Source: a virus. From it: a DNA stretch of 52,908 nucleotides. The DNA is taken from the IMG/VR virus record IMGVR_UViG_3300013426_000006; one strand, given 5' to 3'. A program made the translations under genes and the position numbers. The notes below the pieces were generated by a model. It searched no databases. It was not told where the DNA came from and worked only from the letters and a program-made list of their open reading frames with translations. Below, one piece after another: positions 42,109 to 52,472 of the stretch; the first letter of the stretch is position 1; every line of letters begins with the position of its first letter.

Positions 42109-45100
42109 GTGGCTACAGATATTGACAGCTTACAAATTAAAATCGGAGCAGAAGCGCAAAAAGCGAATAATGAAATTGATAAGCTCATAAATAAATTGGG
42201 CGTTCTGTCTAAATCCTTGGGTGGAGTAGATACTAAAGGACTTCAAAAGCTGGCTAGTGGTGTAAATATCCTTAGTGGCGCAATGCAGAGTTTTCAAGGT
42301 GTGAAACTGTCCGATTTTACAAGAATTGCTAAGGGAATACAGAAGTTTGAAGCGGTAAATGGTTCAAAGTTATCGCAGTTATCAAGCACGTTGACACCGC
42401 TTGCAAGTGGAATTGCTACGCTTAGTGGCTTGAATTTCGACAACAAAGGTCTTGTAAACTTCATAAATTCGATTACGAGACTGTCAAATTCAAATGTAAG
42501 TGGTCTTAATTCCGTAAATTTTGCACAGTTGGGTGCGAATATAAATCAACTCACATCTGCATTAAACAGCTCTAAGACTGTCGCAAGCAACACTATTCAA
42601 GTGGTAAATGCGGTGTCGAGATTAGCAAGTGCCGGAGCAAATGCACAGGCGACAAGCACAGCATTACCACTTTTAGGCGCAAACCTTAAAAGACTTATAA
42701 ATTCGTTGTCAAAGGCCGGTGTTGTATCAGAGAATACAATACAGTTTGCATCGGCATTAGGCGTTTTAGCATCTGCCGGAAACAGAACTGCACAGACAGC
42801 GGCAAATCTTGATGTACTTGCAGAAGCATTAAAGCGGTTTATGCAAACAATGTCGACCGCGCCGACAGTAAATGCGAATATTATTCAAATGACGCAGGCA
42901 CTTGGACAGCTTGCATCTAATAGTAATCGTGTCGGTGGTGTGACACGAGGACTTACGTCGTCGATAAATAATTGGGGAAATTCAGCAAGAAAAGCAGCTA
43001 AGCACTCATTTAGCCTTGCATCTGCGATAGGTAAAATTTATGCAAAATTTTGGGTATTGTTTAGAGCATTAGGTGTATTCCGTAAAGCAATAAATATAAG
43101 TGGAGCTTTGACAGAGGTTCAGAACGTCGTATCACATAGCTTTGGACCATCTATGGATAAGGTTGAGCAACAGGCCAAAAATGCGATTTATACGCTTGGA
43201 ATGTCCGAATTGTCGTTTAAGCAATATGCATCAACATATCAATCTATGGGGCTTGCTATGGGCATCACAGCAAAGCAAGTCGGAGATGCAAACAACTTCC
43301 TTGCAACGTCAACGAATGGATATGTTCAAGCATCCGACGACATGGCAGATATGTCTTTAAATCTGACTAAGTTAACCGGAGATATTGCATCATTCTATGA
43401 TAAGTCACAGGCTGATGTTGCTCAAGATTTGCAAGCTGTATATACCGGCATGGTCGTTCCATTACGTAAATATGGTCTTGACCTTACACAGGCAACGTTG
43501 AAGCAATGGGCAATGAACAATGGTTTAGATGCAAATATTGAAAGCATGTCGCAAGCCGAAAAAACAATGCTTAGGTACCAGTATGTTATGGCTCAGACAA
43601 CTATGGCACAGGGAGACTTTGCAAGAACCGCAGATACATGGAATAACCAAGTGCGATTACTTAGTGAAAACTTCAAGAGGCTTGGTGCTATATGGGGCAA
43701 TGCCGGCATCAACATGTTAAAGCCTTTACTTCAAGCATTTAACAAGGGGCTGGATGCGGTTATCAATTTTTCGGAGAATATTGTAAATGCTTTAGGTGCG
43801 ATTTTTGGCTGGAAATTGGAAATCCAACGTGGCACACTTGCGGATGATTTTGAAAATGCGGCAACAGGTGCTGATGACCTTGCATCTGGTACAGGAAAAG
43901 CGGCTGATAATGCAAAGAAATTAAAACAGCAGTTACAAGGATTTGATGAACTTAATGTTTTAAATACACCTAACGATAATTCTGGCGGTAGCGGTAGCTC
44001 TGGTGGTAGCGGTAATGAGTACACTGGTGGTTCAGTCGGTGGAATGAAGTTTAATGTCACAGAGACAGACGGACTTTATAAATCAAGCATTAAAAACCTT
44101 GAAGAACTTGGAGAATATATTAATTCCACACTTACAAAAACACTTAAAAACATTGATTGGGATAAAGTATATCAAGGTGGAAAAGATTTTGGAAAAGGAT
44201 TAGCAGATTTTCTTAATGGAACCATCAGCCCGGAACTGTTTGGAACATTAGGGAAAACCATAGCCGGAAGTTTAAATACTGTACTGTATTCAGCATTAAG
44301 TTTTGGTAAAAATTTTGATTTTAAAGATTTTGGATTATCTATAGCAACAGGCATTAATAATTTCTTTAATACATATGATTTCAAGGCCCTTGGCAAAACG
44401 TATAATTTATGGGTAAAAGGGTTATTAGATGGATTAATAACAGCTATAGGAAATATAGATGGAACAAGATTAGGCGAATCAATAGGTGAGTTTTTATCAG
44501 AACTTGATATACCGGATATAGCAAGTAAATTATTAACCCTTGCAGGAAAAATAATATCAGGTCTGGGTGAAGCTTTGTTGGCCTCATTTGAAACTGCACC
44601 ATTAGAAACTGCCATAGTTGGGCTTTTAGGTGGATTAAAATTATTTGGAGCCGGCGAAGCTTTAGGTGGTGCAATATCAAATGGTCTCGGAAGTGGAATA
44701 AGTATAAGCGTCCCTAAAATAATTGCTACTGTAGCCTTGTTAAGCATAATTGCTGACAAAGCTGAAACAAGGACTACAGATGACCCTTCAACAAATTTCA
44801 AAAACGCAGGGGCAACTGTAGGGGCTGCGTATGTTGGTGGGAAAATACTGGGGTTAAGCAATCAAGCCGCATTAACAGCTGGATTAGCTGCAGAAACAGC
44901 AAAACTTTCAGGCGATATTGGCCTAAATCTTGGTGAAATTTTTGCAATGAAATCTGGAGATTGGGAACTAGCTGATATTTATGCTGATTTTAAATGGTCG
45001 GATTTATTTGATTATAGCCTAAAGGAATACGGAGAAGCAATTTCAGATTATGGCAAAGAATTTTTAGAATGGGCTGGATTTAAAGACAAAAGCCTTAGTG

Positions 45101-46518
45101 AAGAAATACTGCCAGAGGAATTGCTGACAGGTACAGCAGCACTTACAAAACAATCTAAAAAAACAGTATCAACTGTCCAAAAAGTAAGAAATACATTAAA
45201 CCTTTTAGGGGTAGATACGCAAAAACTAGGAGCAATAACAACAAAAAATGCTATAAAAATAAGGTTGTTTGGAAATGCTTTTGAAACTATTTCAGATAGC
45301 ATACCAGAATATAGCCAAGTAATTAAAGACGGAATAAGCAATTCGTTTGGGAATTTAAAAAACACTGCTTCCAACGCCATTTCTTACATTAGCAAAAAAC
45401 TTAACATGGATTACCCAAATGCGTTAAATGCGTCTAAGATAGCGACAGAAAATGTTTTAAATAGTGTCAGTGGTGCATTTAATACTTTAGGTAACAGCAT
45501 ATCTGCATCTTTAGATAAAAATAATGATACTATAGAAAGTTCATTTAGCAGAAACAGTAAGGAAGTAATAAGTGGTACATCAACACTGATGCAAAGTATT
45601 TCGAGTAGTCTTAATTTATTAAATGCCGCAGTTGGCAATAATATTGCTAATGTAGGCAATACAATTAATAGAAGTTTTAAATCTACAATTAATAACGTTG
45701 GAGAAAGCTTAAGCCAGCTTAACACAAGCACTTATAACCAATTATCAAGGACAAATGATATTACAAATAATCAAATGAAAATTTTGTATTCAGTAGGCAC
45801 ATCTTGGTCTACAGACTTTAGAAAAAGTGTTGACTATCAGATGTCGTATATTCCTGATTCTGTCGGAACTTATTTAAAAGACTCCGAAGGGAAAATTACA
45901 TCAGTAAGTTGGGTGGGTGCTGGTAAAGATTTGGTAGCAGGGCTTAGAGATGGAGTGGAAAAAAAGTGGTCAAGCACTGAAAAAACAGGACTTGTAGGGA
46001 AAATAGTTTCTCTTGCAAGTGGATTAACAGCAGCATTAAAAAAGGCTTTTGGGATTCATTCACCTTCAAAATTGTGGAATGAAGAAATAGGACAATTCTT
46101 GCCACCCGGTATTGGGGTAGGTATGGAAAAGGCTATGCCTAAATTATTAAGTGATGCAAGCGTAATGGCAACAGATTTGACATCTGCATTTAACACATCT
46201 TTGCAGTTTACAGACCCACTTCAAGACCTGTCAAATATGTCCTCAGATATTGCAGCATCAATCAATACAGACGTTGCAACAAATACATCGACAGTTATTG
46301 ATACAGGTCGTATGTCAACAGATATAGCAAGTGGAATAGTAACAGGAATGTCTGCATCTCAAGCAGAGCAAAATAAATTGTTAAGAGAGCAAAATGACTT
46401 ATTAAGACAGTTGCTACAGAAAGATGTAGGGATAACATCTGATGACATATACAACAGTGTTGTAGTAAAAAACAGAGATGTATTTATGAGAACAGGGCTT
46501 ACACCTTTAACGATTTAA
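42109..46518 (+). CDS. tape measure protein
   Basis: 1469 aa, helical/repetitive, G/S-rich linker, canonical position. Confidence 0.9.
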   Translation: MATDIDSLQIKIGAEAQKANNEIDKLINKLGVLSKSLGGVDTKGLQKLASGVNILSGAMQSFQGVKLSDFTRIAKGIQKFEAVNGSKLSQLSSTLTPLASGIATLSGLNFDNKGLVNFINSITRLSNSNVSGLNSVNFAQLGANINQLTSALNSSKTVASNTIQVVNAVSRLASAGANAQATSTALPLLGANLKRLINSLSKAGVVSENTIQFASALGVLASAGNRTAQTAANLDVLAEALKRFMQTMSTAPTVNANIIQMTQALGQLASNSNRVGGVTRGLTSSINNWGNSARKAAKHSFSLASAIGKIYAKFWVLFRALGVFRKAINISGALTEVQNVVSHSFGPSMDKVEQQAKNAIYTLGMSELSFKQYASTYQSMGLAMGITAKQVGDANNFLATSTNGYVQASDDMADMSLNLTKLTGDIASFYDKSQADVAQDLQAVYTGMVVPLRKYGLDLTQATLKQWAMNNGLDANIESMSQAEKTMLRYQYVMAQTTMAQGDFARTADTWNNQVRLLSENFKRLGAIWGNAGINMLKPLLQAFNKGLDAVINFSENIVNALGAIFGWKLEIQRGTLADDFENAATGADDLASGTGKAADNAKKLKQQLQGFDELNVLNTPNDNSGGSGSSGGSGNEYTGGSVGGMKFNVTETDGLYKSSIKNLEELGEYINSTLTKTLKNIDWDKVYQGGKDFGKGLADFLNGTISPELFGTLGKTIAGSLNTVLYSALSFGKNFDFKDFGLSIATGINNFFNTYDFKALGKTYNLWVKGLLDGLITAIGNIDGTRLGESIGEFLSELDIPDIASKLLTLAGKIISGLGEALLASFETAPLETAIVGLLGGLKLFGAGEALGGAISNGLGSGISISVPKIIATVALLSIIADKAETRTTDDPSTNFKNAGATVGAAYVGGKILGLSNQAALTAGLAAETAKLSGDIGLNLGEIFAMKSGDWELADIYADFKWSDLFDYSLKEYGEAISDYGKEFLEWAGFKDKSLSEEILPEELLTGTAALTKQSKKTVSTVQKVRNTLNLLGVDTQKLGAITTKNAIKIRLFGNAFETISDSIPEYSQVIKDGISNSFGNLKNTASNAISYISKKLNMDYPNALNASKIATENVLNSVSGAFNTLGNSISASLDKNNDTIESSFSRNSKEVISGTSTLMQSISSSLNLLNAAVGNNIANVGNTINRSFKSTINNVGESLSQLNTSTYNQLSRTNDITNNQMKILYSVGTSWSTDFRKSVDYQMSYIPDSVGTYLKDSEGKITSVSWVGAGKDLVAGLRDGVEKKWSSTEKTGLVGKIVSLASGLTAALKKAFGIHSPSKLWNEEIGQFLPPGIGVGMEKAMPKLLSDASVMATDLTSAFNTSLQFTDPLQDLSNMSSDIAASINTDVATNTSTVIDTGRMSTDIASGIVTGMSASQAEQNKLLREQNDLLRQLLQKDVGITSDDIYNSVVVKNRDVFMRTGLTPLTI

Positions 46519-46583
46519 AATATAAATTAGCACTTACTTTCCAAAAAGGTAAGTGCTTTTTTATTAAAAGGAGATATAGAAAC

Positions 46584-46988
46584 ATGGGATATGAGGGATA
46601 TTTAGTAAAAGTCGGAAATTACATAATACCAAAAAGCTTTATATCGGCAGAAACATATAATGTTACAAGAAATGGGCAGGATTTAGACAGCACAAGGGAT
46701 GAAAACGGAGAATTGCACAGAGATGCACTAGACCATTTTGTAATTAAGGTTGAATTTGAAACAGTGCCACTTCTTACTGATGTTCAAATGGAAAGTGTTT
46801 TAAGCCAAATTAGAAGCCAGTATACAAATGTGACGGAACAGAAATTAAATGCAAAAGTATACGTTCCTATGCTTGGAACGTATGTAGAACAGGAAATGTA
46901 CTTACCGGACATAAAATTCGGAATATATTACGCAGACGAGCAAAAAATACAATATTTAAAAACACGATTTGCACTGATTGGATATTAA
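46584..46988 (+). CDS. tail component (possible distal tail protein)
   Basis: Position after the TMP. AAGGAG RBS. Confidence 0.35.
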   Translation: MGYEGYLVKVGNYIIPKSFISAETYNVTRNGQDLDSTRDENGELHRDALDHFVIKVEFETVPLLTDVQMESVLSQIRSQYTNVTEQKLNAKVYVPMLGTYVEQEMYLPDIKFGIYYADEQKIQYLKTRFALIGY

Positions 46989-47001
46989 GGAGGAAAAAGT
47001 A

Positions 47002-49098
47002 ATGATAAATCATTCATATCTTGAATACTTTAACCAAAGCTCTATTAAGAAAAATATAGATATAATTTACGATACAAATAATCATATTTTTAATAAAGAT
47101 ATTGTAAGTGGAACAATGGCAATAGAAGAAAATGCTTTTACAAGCCAAGAATTAAGGTTTGGCTCATTAGTAGCAAGCAAGATATCATTTAATGTATACA
47201 ACACAATAGAAAATCTAATGGATAAGTGGTTAGATGTTAAAATAAGTGTAAACAATGATACTTCTAATTTGCTTAATATAGGGAGATACAAAGTTGTAAC
47301 AGATAAAATATCGTCAAATAAAAAATATAGGCAGATTGAAGCTTACGATAGTCTTAGTGATATTATAAACATGGATGTTGCAAATTGGTACAATGGATTA
47401 ACATTTCCTATTACACTTAAGGATTTTAGAGATAGTTTTTTTGAATATGCAGGTGTTATTCAGGTATCAACAGATTTGGTTAATGATAGTATAACGATAG
47501 AAAAAACTATTAGCACTAATATTTTATCCGGGCAACAGGTGCTTAAAGATATATGTGAAATTAACGGAGCAATAGGACATATAGACAGAAATGGTAATTT
47601 TGCGTATATAAGACTAATTGCAAATCCGACAAGCAGAATAGTAATAAATAAAATAAAAACAGGTGGAAGTTATGAAAATTATAGCACATCACCAATAACG
47701 AAAGTCCAGATTAAGCAAGAGGCCAACGATGTAGGTGCTGTTGTAGGGGAAAACGGAAATACATATATTGTGCAGGATAATTTCCTTATGTATGGGAAAA
47801 CTGCCGAGGAATTAAATACGATAGCAACAAATCTTTTAAGTGTGATTGAAGGCATTTCATATACTCCATATTCTGTTTTTGCAATTTACGGAAACCCATG
47901 TTATGAAATAGGCGACCCAATAACTATTGTGAGTGCTAATACAACCATTAACTCATACATTTTTAACAGAACATTAACTGGAATACAATCAATGTCGGAC
48001 ACTTACAAAGCCGATGGAACACCATATTATACAGAGAATGTAAATGGCATAAATAAACAAATTACACAGTTAAAAAAGCAGACCAATGTACTTGAAAGAA
48101 CTGTTGAGCAGACAAAATCAACAATAACTTCAATACAGGATATGGCCACAACGGCAGATGAAAATGCTCAAAATGCTTTAAATACAGCTAACGGACTTGA
48201 AGAACGTGTAGAAAAAAACGAAAGCAGCATTACTCAGCAAGCAACAGAAATTGAAAGCAAAGTAAGCAAAACAGAGTATACAGGGGAGGAAATAGCTTCG
48301 CTAATTAATCAAACTGCTGAAAACATTAAGATTTTAGCTCAACACATTAAACTTGAAGGCTTAACTACGATTAATGACAACGTTAAATTTAACGAAGATG
48401 GAACTGTAGAAATCAATGGTGGAGCAATTAACATTGAAACTCAAAGTGAAAAAGAAAGCAAAATTAGGCTTAATTATTCTGATGGTGATATATACAGGTA
48501 TATATATTTAACAGCAGGAGACCTTATGACAAGTGGCAATCAAAATGGGAAAATCATTTCAACAGACTATCGCTATGACGGTATATCAATGGTAAGTGGA
48601 ACTCCTTCAGACGGATATGAAGCAGATATTTATGCACATGGTGTACGTTTCCTCAAAACAGAAAAGTTAGAAAACGGTACTGTTAAGACAACTCACATAT
48701 GCAAAATTGATGAAAGCAATGGAATCATTGCGAAACAAATTCAAACAACAGCAGGGGCTGACCTAGACACACTGAATACATCATTAAATAACAAAGCAGA
48801 TAAAAACTGGAAAGTAGCTGGCACAGGTACAAATGTTGACATATCTAACGTTTATAATAAAGCTTATGAGTATTGGGTAGTTTTTGTAGATAGTAACAAT
48901 CTAAGTTTACAATGGATAATACCATATCAAGAACTAGGAAAAACTTTCAGTGAAGGATATTATTATTCACCATCTTACTATGGAACAAATGCGATAAATA
49001 CAAGCAAAACAAGCATATCTGTAAGCAGTGCATGGACAAGAACTAACAATAATGGAACGATTTCAACAACAGGAACTATAGCAGTATATTACAGGTAA
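47002..49098 (+). CDS. tail tip / tail-associated protein with coiled coil and C-terminal receptor-binding-like domain
   Basis: AAGGAGG lies 8 nt upstream of ATG 47002. 698 aa. Central heptad region at about 48060-48330. Confidence 0.6.
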   Translation: MINHSYLEYFNQSSIKKNIDIIYDTNNHIFNKDIVSGTMAIEENAFTSQELRFGSLVASKISFNVYNTIENLMDKWLDVKISVNNDTSNLLNIGRYKVVTDKISSNKKYRQIEAYDSLSDIINMDVANWYNGLTFPITLKDFRDSFFEYAGVIQVSTDLVNDSITIEKTISTNILSGQQVLKDICEINGAIGHIDRNGNFAYIRLIANPTSRIVINKIKTGGSYENYSTSPITKVQIKQEANDVGAVVGENGNTYIVQDNFLMYGKTAEELNTIATNLLSVIEGISYTPYSVFAIYGNPCYEIGDPITIVSANTTINSYIFNRTLTGIQSMSDTYKADGTPYYTENVNGINKQITQLKKQTNVLERTVEQTKSTITSIQDMATTADENAQNALNTANGLEERVEKNESSITQQATEIESKVSKTEYTGEEIASLINQTAENIKILAQHIKLEGLTTINDNVKFNEDGTVEINGGAINIETQSEKESKIRLNYSDGDIYRYIYLTAGDLMTSGNQNGKIISTDYRYDGISMVSGTPSDGYEADIYAHGVRFLKTEKLENGTVKTTHICKIDESNGIIAKQIQTTAGADLDTLNTSLNNKADKNWKVAGTGTNVDISNVYNKAYEYWVVFVDSNNLSLQWIIPYQELGKTFSEGYYYSPSYYGTNAINTSKTSISVSSAWTRTNNNGTISTTGTIAVYYR

Positions 49099-49128
49099 AT
49101 TAATATTTTAAATAAAGGAGAGAAAATT

Positions 49129-50049
49129 ATGCAAAAAAAAGGTATTGATGTAAGCTCATGGCAAAAAGCCATAGATTGGGAAAAAGTCAAAGCAGATGGT
49201 ATTGAATTTGCCATACTAAGATGTGGATTTGGAGTTGATACTACAAATCAAGATGATGATACTTTTAAAAGAAATGCTGATGAATGTACAAGATTAGGTA
49301 TTCCTTTTGGGGTATATCTGTATAGCTACGCTACCAGCATTAATAAAGCAATAAGTGAAGCAAATCACGTTTTAAGGCTGATAGAGGGCTACAAGCTTTC
49401 TTATCCCGTATTCTATGATTTAGAAGACGAAAAAACAACAGGAAATTGCACAAATAAAGAAATTGCAGAAATAGCCGAAGCTTTTTGCAACACTATTGAA
49501 AAGGCCGGTTATAAGGCTGGCATATATGCAAATGTAAGCTGGTTTAATCACAAGCTAACTGATTCTAGGTTTGACAAGTGGGATAAGTGGGTAGCTCAAT
49601 ATTATAAGCAATGCCAATATACCAAGCCTTATTCTATGTGGCAATATACATCAAGTGGAAAAGTTGACGGAATAATTGGCAATGTCGATATGAATTACTG
49701 CTATGCTAATTATTCTACTGCTAATAGCAAAGAAGAAAGCACCTTCGTAAAGAAAACCAATGAGCAACTAGCTCAAGAAGTTTTAAATGGTAAGTGGGGC
49801 AATGGAGCAGACAGAAAGAAAAACCTTACCGAAGCAGGATATAACTATGATGAGGTTCAAAAGATAGTTAATCAAATCTGCAATAGCCAAAAAGCAAAAC
49901 AAGACTTAGTATATGTAGTAAAAAAAGGAGACACGTTATCAGGTATTGCCTCTAAATACAATACAACATACCAAGCATTAGCAAAATATAACAATATTAG
50001 CAATCCAAATTTAATTTATGCAGGGCAAAATATAAAAATACCACAGTAA
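49129..50049 (+). CDS. endolysin: GH25 muramidase + CW_7-like repeat + LysM
   Basis: [29 protein letters not shown] (GH25). [27 protein letters not shown] (CW_7-like). [16 protein letters not shown]...[12 protein letters not shown] (LysM). Confidence 0.9.
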   Translation: MQKKGIDVSSWQKAIDWEKVKADGIEFAILRCGFGVDTTNQDDDTFKRNADECTRLGIPFGVYLYSYATSINKAISEANHVLRLIEGYKLSYPVFYDLEDEKTTGNCTNKEIAEIAEAFCNTIEKAGYKAGIYANVSWFNHKLTDSRFDKWDKWVAQYYKQCQYTKPYSMWQYTSSGKVDGIIGNVDMNYCYANYSTANSKEESTFVKKTNEQLAQEVLNGKWGNGADRKKNLTEAGYNYDEVQKIVNQICNSQKAKQDLVYVVKKGDTLSGIASKYNTTYQALAKYNNISNPNLIYAGQNIKIPQ

Positions 50050-50060
50050 TATTTATTTAA

Positions 50061-50096
50061 GAGGAATAGTCCGTACTGGCTATTCCTCTTTTTTTT
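50061..50096 (+). terminator. rho-independent terminator after the lysis gene
   Basis: GAGGAATAG...CTATTCCTC followed by T8. Confidence 0.8.
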
Positions 50097-50332
50097 ATTT
50101 CCGATATTATAATATTCACTATTAATTATTTTGTCGATACTTGTTTCATTTTTTCATCTTCTAATATATTTACTCCCTTAAATTTCATGTATATAATGTA
50201 AATATCCTAAATATAAGGGTCAAGTTTTGGCAAAGTGAGGGAATGGTATATGGCATAGTGTCATTTCCTCACATTACCTAAAAATAATGGCTAAATCAGA
50301 AAAACTAAAGTCAAATAAAAATAAATTCATCC

Positions 50333-50737
50333 TTATTTATACAAATTGGGGAGAAATATGGCCACAATATAAAACAAAAATACAAAAACTGCAAACCAAG
50401 AACAAGCATGTATGTAATTATCGTCCTCTTTTGATTGTCCTACTGCGATATCAATTATTGCAAGAATAAAGCCCATGAAAGAAATTAATGGAAAAGCTAT
50501 AAAACCTACAAGTGCAATTAATCCTGCTACAACACTCAAGGGGCTGTCTTTACGTTTCTTTTTAGGTTGTTGCTGCGCAGGCTGCACCATATTATAATAT
50601 TGTTGCTGATATTGTAATTGTTGAGGATATTGTAATTGACATCCACACTTATTACAAAATGTAGAACCATAAGGAATACACTGGTTACAGTTAGGACATA
50701 TAACGTATTGATTCTGGTTTTGATACTGATTATCCAT
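50333..50737 (-). CDS. zinc-ribbon plus Q-rich linker plus multi-TM membrane protein (possible lysogeny-expressed moron)
   Basis: CPNCNQ...CNKCG, QQLQYQQQYY, then two or three TM helices. Minus strand, near the repressor. Confidence 0.6.
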   Translation of the reverse strand: MDNQYQNQNQYVICPNCNQCIPYGSTFCNKCGCQLQYPQQLQYQQQYYNMVQPAQQQPKKKRKDSPLSVVAGLIALVGFIAFPLISFMGFILAIIDIAVGQSKEDDNYIHACSWFAVFVFLFYIVAIFLPNLYK

Positions 50738-50887
50738 AAAATCCCTCCATATATTGATTTTTTAGAGTATAGCACAAATTTTACTGATTGTCGATAATAT
50801 GGCGATTATATTATAAGTTTGACGACAAAAACAGTCTGTTTTGTAAATAAAAGCGGTGATATAATTACTAAGAAAGGAGGCACTTCT

Positions 50888-51004
50888 ATGGGGAGTAGTT
50901 ACAAAGACAAGGTTGTTGAAGAAATATCGAAATGTGAAAACGAAGTTTTTCTGAAATTTTTATATTCAATGATTCAATCATTCAAAAAGAAATGGGGCAT
51001 CTAG
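50888..51004 (+). CDS. small hypothetical protein (38 aa)
   Basis: AGGAGG lies 7 nt upstream of ATG 50888. Confidence 0.35.
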   Translation: MGSSYKDKVVEEISKCENEVFLKFLYSMIQSFKKKWGI

Positions 51005-51354
51005 TGCCCCTCTTTCTCGTAAAGATAATCTATATTGTCGTAAATTGTTTGCTTATGCTCTTTAGATAGAGATATAAGTTTTTTTATGCTTTCCAACATA
51101 TTCACATCAGAATAAATGTCAACGACGATATCTGTATCTGCATTATTAAGATTATCTTCCCATCCCATGATGTAAGCAGGAGAAACATGAGTGATTTTTG
51201 CAATCTCCTCAATCTTATCGCTCGGGATATTCGTTACAATTCCATTTTCATATTTGAATAATGTCTGTTTGCTTACTCCGATCTTTATTGCGAGATCGGT
51301 TTGCGCTATGCCGTTTTTCTCCCTTGCCATTTTAATTCTTTCTCCTATTGTCAT
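51001..51354 (-). CDS. CI-like XRE-family repressor
   Basis: MTIGERIKMAREKNGIAQTDLAIKIGVSKQTLFKYENG. AGGAGG lies 8 nt upstream on the minus strand. Confidence 0.8.
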   Translation of the reverse strand: MTIGERIKMAREKNGIAQTDLAIKIGVSKQTLFKYENGIVTNIPSDKIEEIAKITHVSPAYIMGWEDNLNNADTDIVVDIYSDVNMLESIKKLISLSKEHKQTIYDNIDYLYEKEGH

Positions 51355-51426
51355 TTGTACATCCTCCTTCCTTTGTTTGTAATTCAATTATAACACAAAA
51401 AAGTTACAAGTCAAGAAAAAAATAAC

Positions 51427-51454
51427 TTGACAAGTTACAAAAATGTTGTATAAT
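51427..51454 (+). promoter_or_regulatory. early rightward promoter TTGACA-16-TATAAT embedded in AGTTAC operator repeats
   Basis: AGTTAC or its complement GTAAC recurs at about 51403, 51424, 51434, 51460, 51471 and 51705-51718. Confidence 0.55.
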
Positions 51455-51504
51455 GATAGTAACCTAAGAAGTTACCACAAAGGTTAGGAAGGAGGCAATA
51501 AGAC

Positions 51505-51705
51505 ATGGTAAATGCAAAAAAACTTAGAGGAATTATAGCAGAAAACGGAAAAACACAGGCGGATGTTGCTAATATGATCGGGATAACTCCAAAGACATTT
51601 TACAACAGAATGCAGAAGGGTGTTTTTGGAAGCAACGAAATCCAGATCATGATTGACAGACTGAATATTGCAAATCCGATGGATATTTTTTTTGCTAAAG
51701 AGTAA
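51505..51705 (+). CDS. Cro-like HTH protein
   Basis: GKTQADVANMIGITPKTFYNRMQ. Divergent from the repressor. Confidence 0.6.
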   Translation: MVNAKKLRGIIAENGKTQADVANMIGITPKTFYNRMQKGVFGSNEIQIMIDRLNIANPMDIFFAKE

Positions 51706-51731
51706 CTTAAAAAGTTACAGGAAGGGAGAGC

Positions 51732-52472
51732 ATGAACGAAATACTGAAAGTGGATTTAGACACGCAGACAGTATCAGCAAGAGAACTTCACAATCACTTA
51801 AATATTGGTACGAAGTTTACAACATGGTTTGAACGCATGAAAGAATATGGGTTTTCAGAAGGAATTGAGTTTTTCCCAAAAATGGGAGAAACCTCTGAAA
51901 CAGGAGGACGACCATCAGTTGACTACGATATTTCGGTTGATATGGCGAAGCAAATTTGCATGATACAGAGAACGCCAGAGGGCAAACAGGTTCGACAGTA
52001 TTTGATTGACTTGGAAAAAGCATGGAATACTCCAGAACAGGTAATGGCTAGGGCATTGAAGATTGCAAACCGAACAATCGACAGTCTGAAAGCCGAAAAT
52101 GTGATGCTCGTTGAACGAAACAAAGAGATGAAGCCGAAAGCGATATTTGCAGATGCGGTAGCGACAAGCCGGACATCTATTCTTATCGGAGATTTAGCAA
52201 AGTTAATTTGCCAAAATGGTTATCAGATCGGACAGAAAAGGTTGTTTGAATGGTTTCGGAACAATGGATATCTGTGCAAGAGTGGCGTATCACGTAACAT
52301 GCCGATGCAGAGATATGTCGAACAGGGATTGTTTGAAGTGAAAGAAAGAAACGTACAGAATCCAGATGGAAGCGTGAGAATTACATTTACGCCTAAAATT
52401 ACAGGAAAAGGGCAGCTGTACTTTGTCAACAAATTTTTAGGAAGGGAGAATGAGAATGTCAGAAGTGATTAA
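51732..52472 (+). CDS. antirepressor (AntA-like N-terminus + KilAC C-terminus)
   Basis: ELHNHLNIGTKFTTWFERMKEYGFSEGIEF, and AIFADAVATSRTSILIGDLAKLICQNGYQIGQKRLFEWFRNNGYL. Confidence 0.8.
   Translation: MNEILKVDLDTQTVSARELHNHLNIGTKFTTWFERMKEYGFSEGIEFFPKMGETSETGGRPSVDYDISVDMAKQICMIQRTPEGKQVRQYLIDLEKAWNTPEQVMARALKIANRTIDSLKAENVMLVERNKEMKPKAIFADAVATSRTSILIGDLAKLICQNGYQIGQKRLFEWFRNNGYLCKSGVSRNMPMQRYVEQGLFEVKERNVQNPDGSVRITFTPKITGKGQLYFVNKFLGRENENVRSD

Noticed and set aside
44172-44861. 229-aa minus-strand ORF, and the many other antisense ORFs listed inside long + strand genes (e.g. 1986..2426, 20639..21079, 22392..22817, 34247..34651)
   Set aside because: These are shadow ORFs opposite well-supported genes. 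They have low-complexity compositions and no RBS.
50287-50469. 60-aa plus-strand ORF
   Set aside because: It is antisense to the better-supported minus-strand zinc-ribbon/TM gene 50333..50737 and has no RBS.
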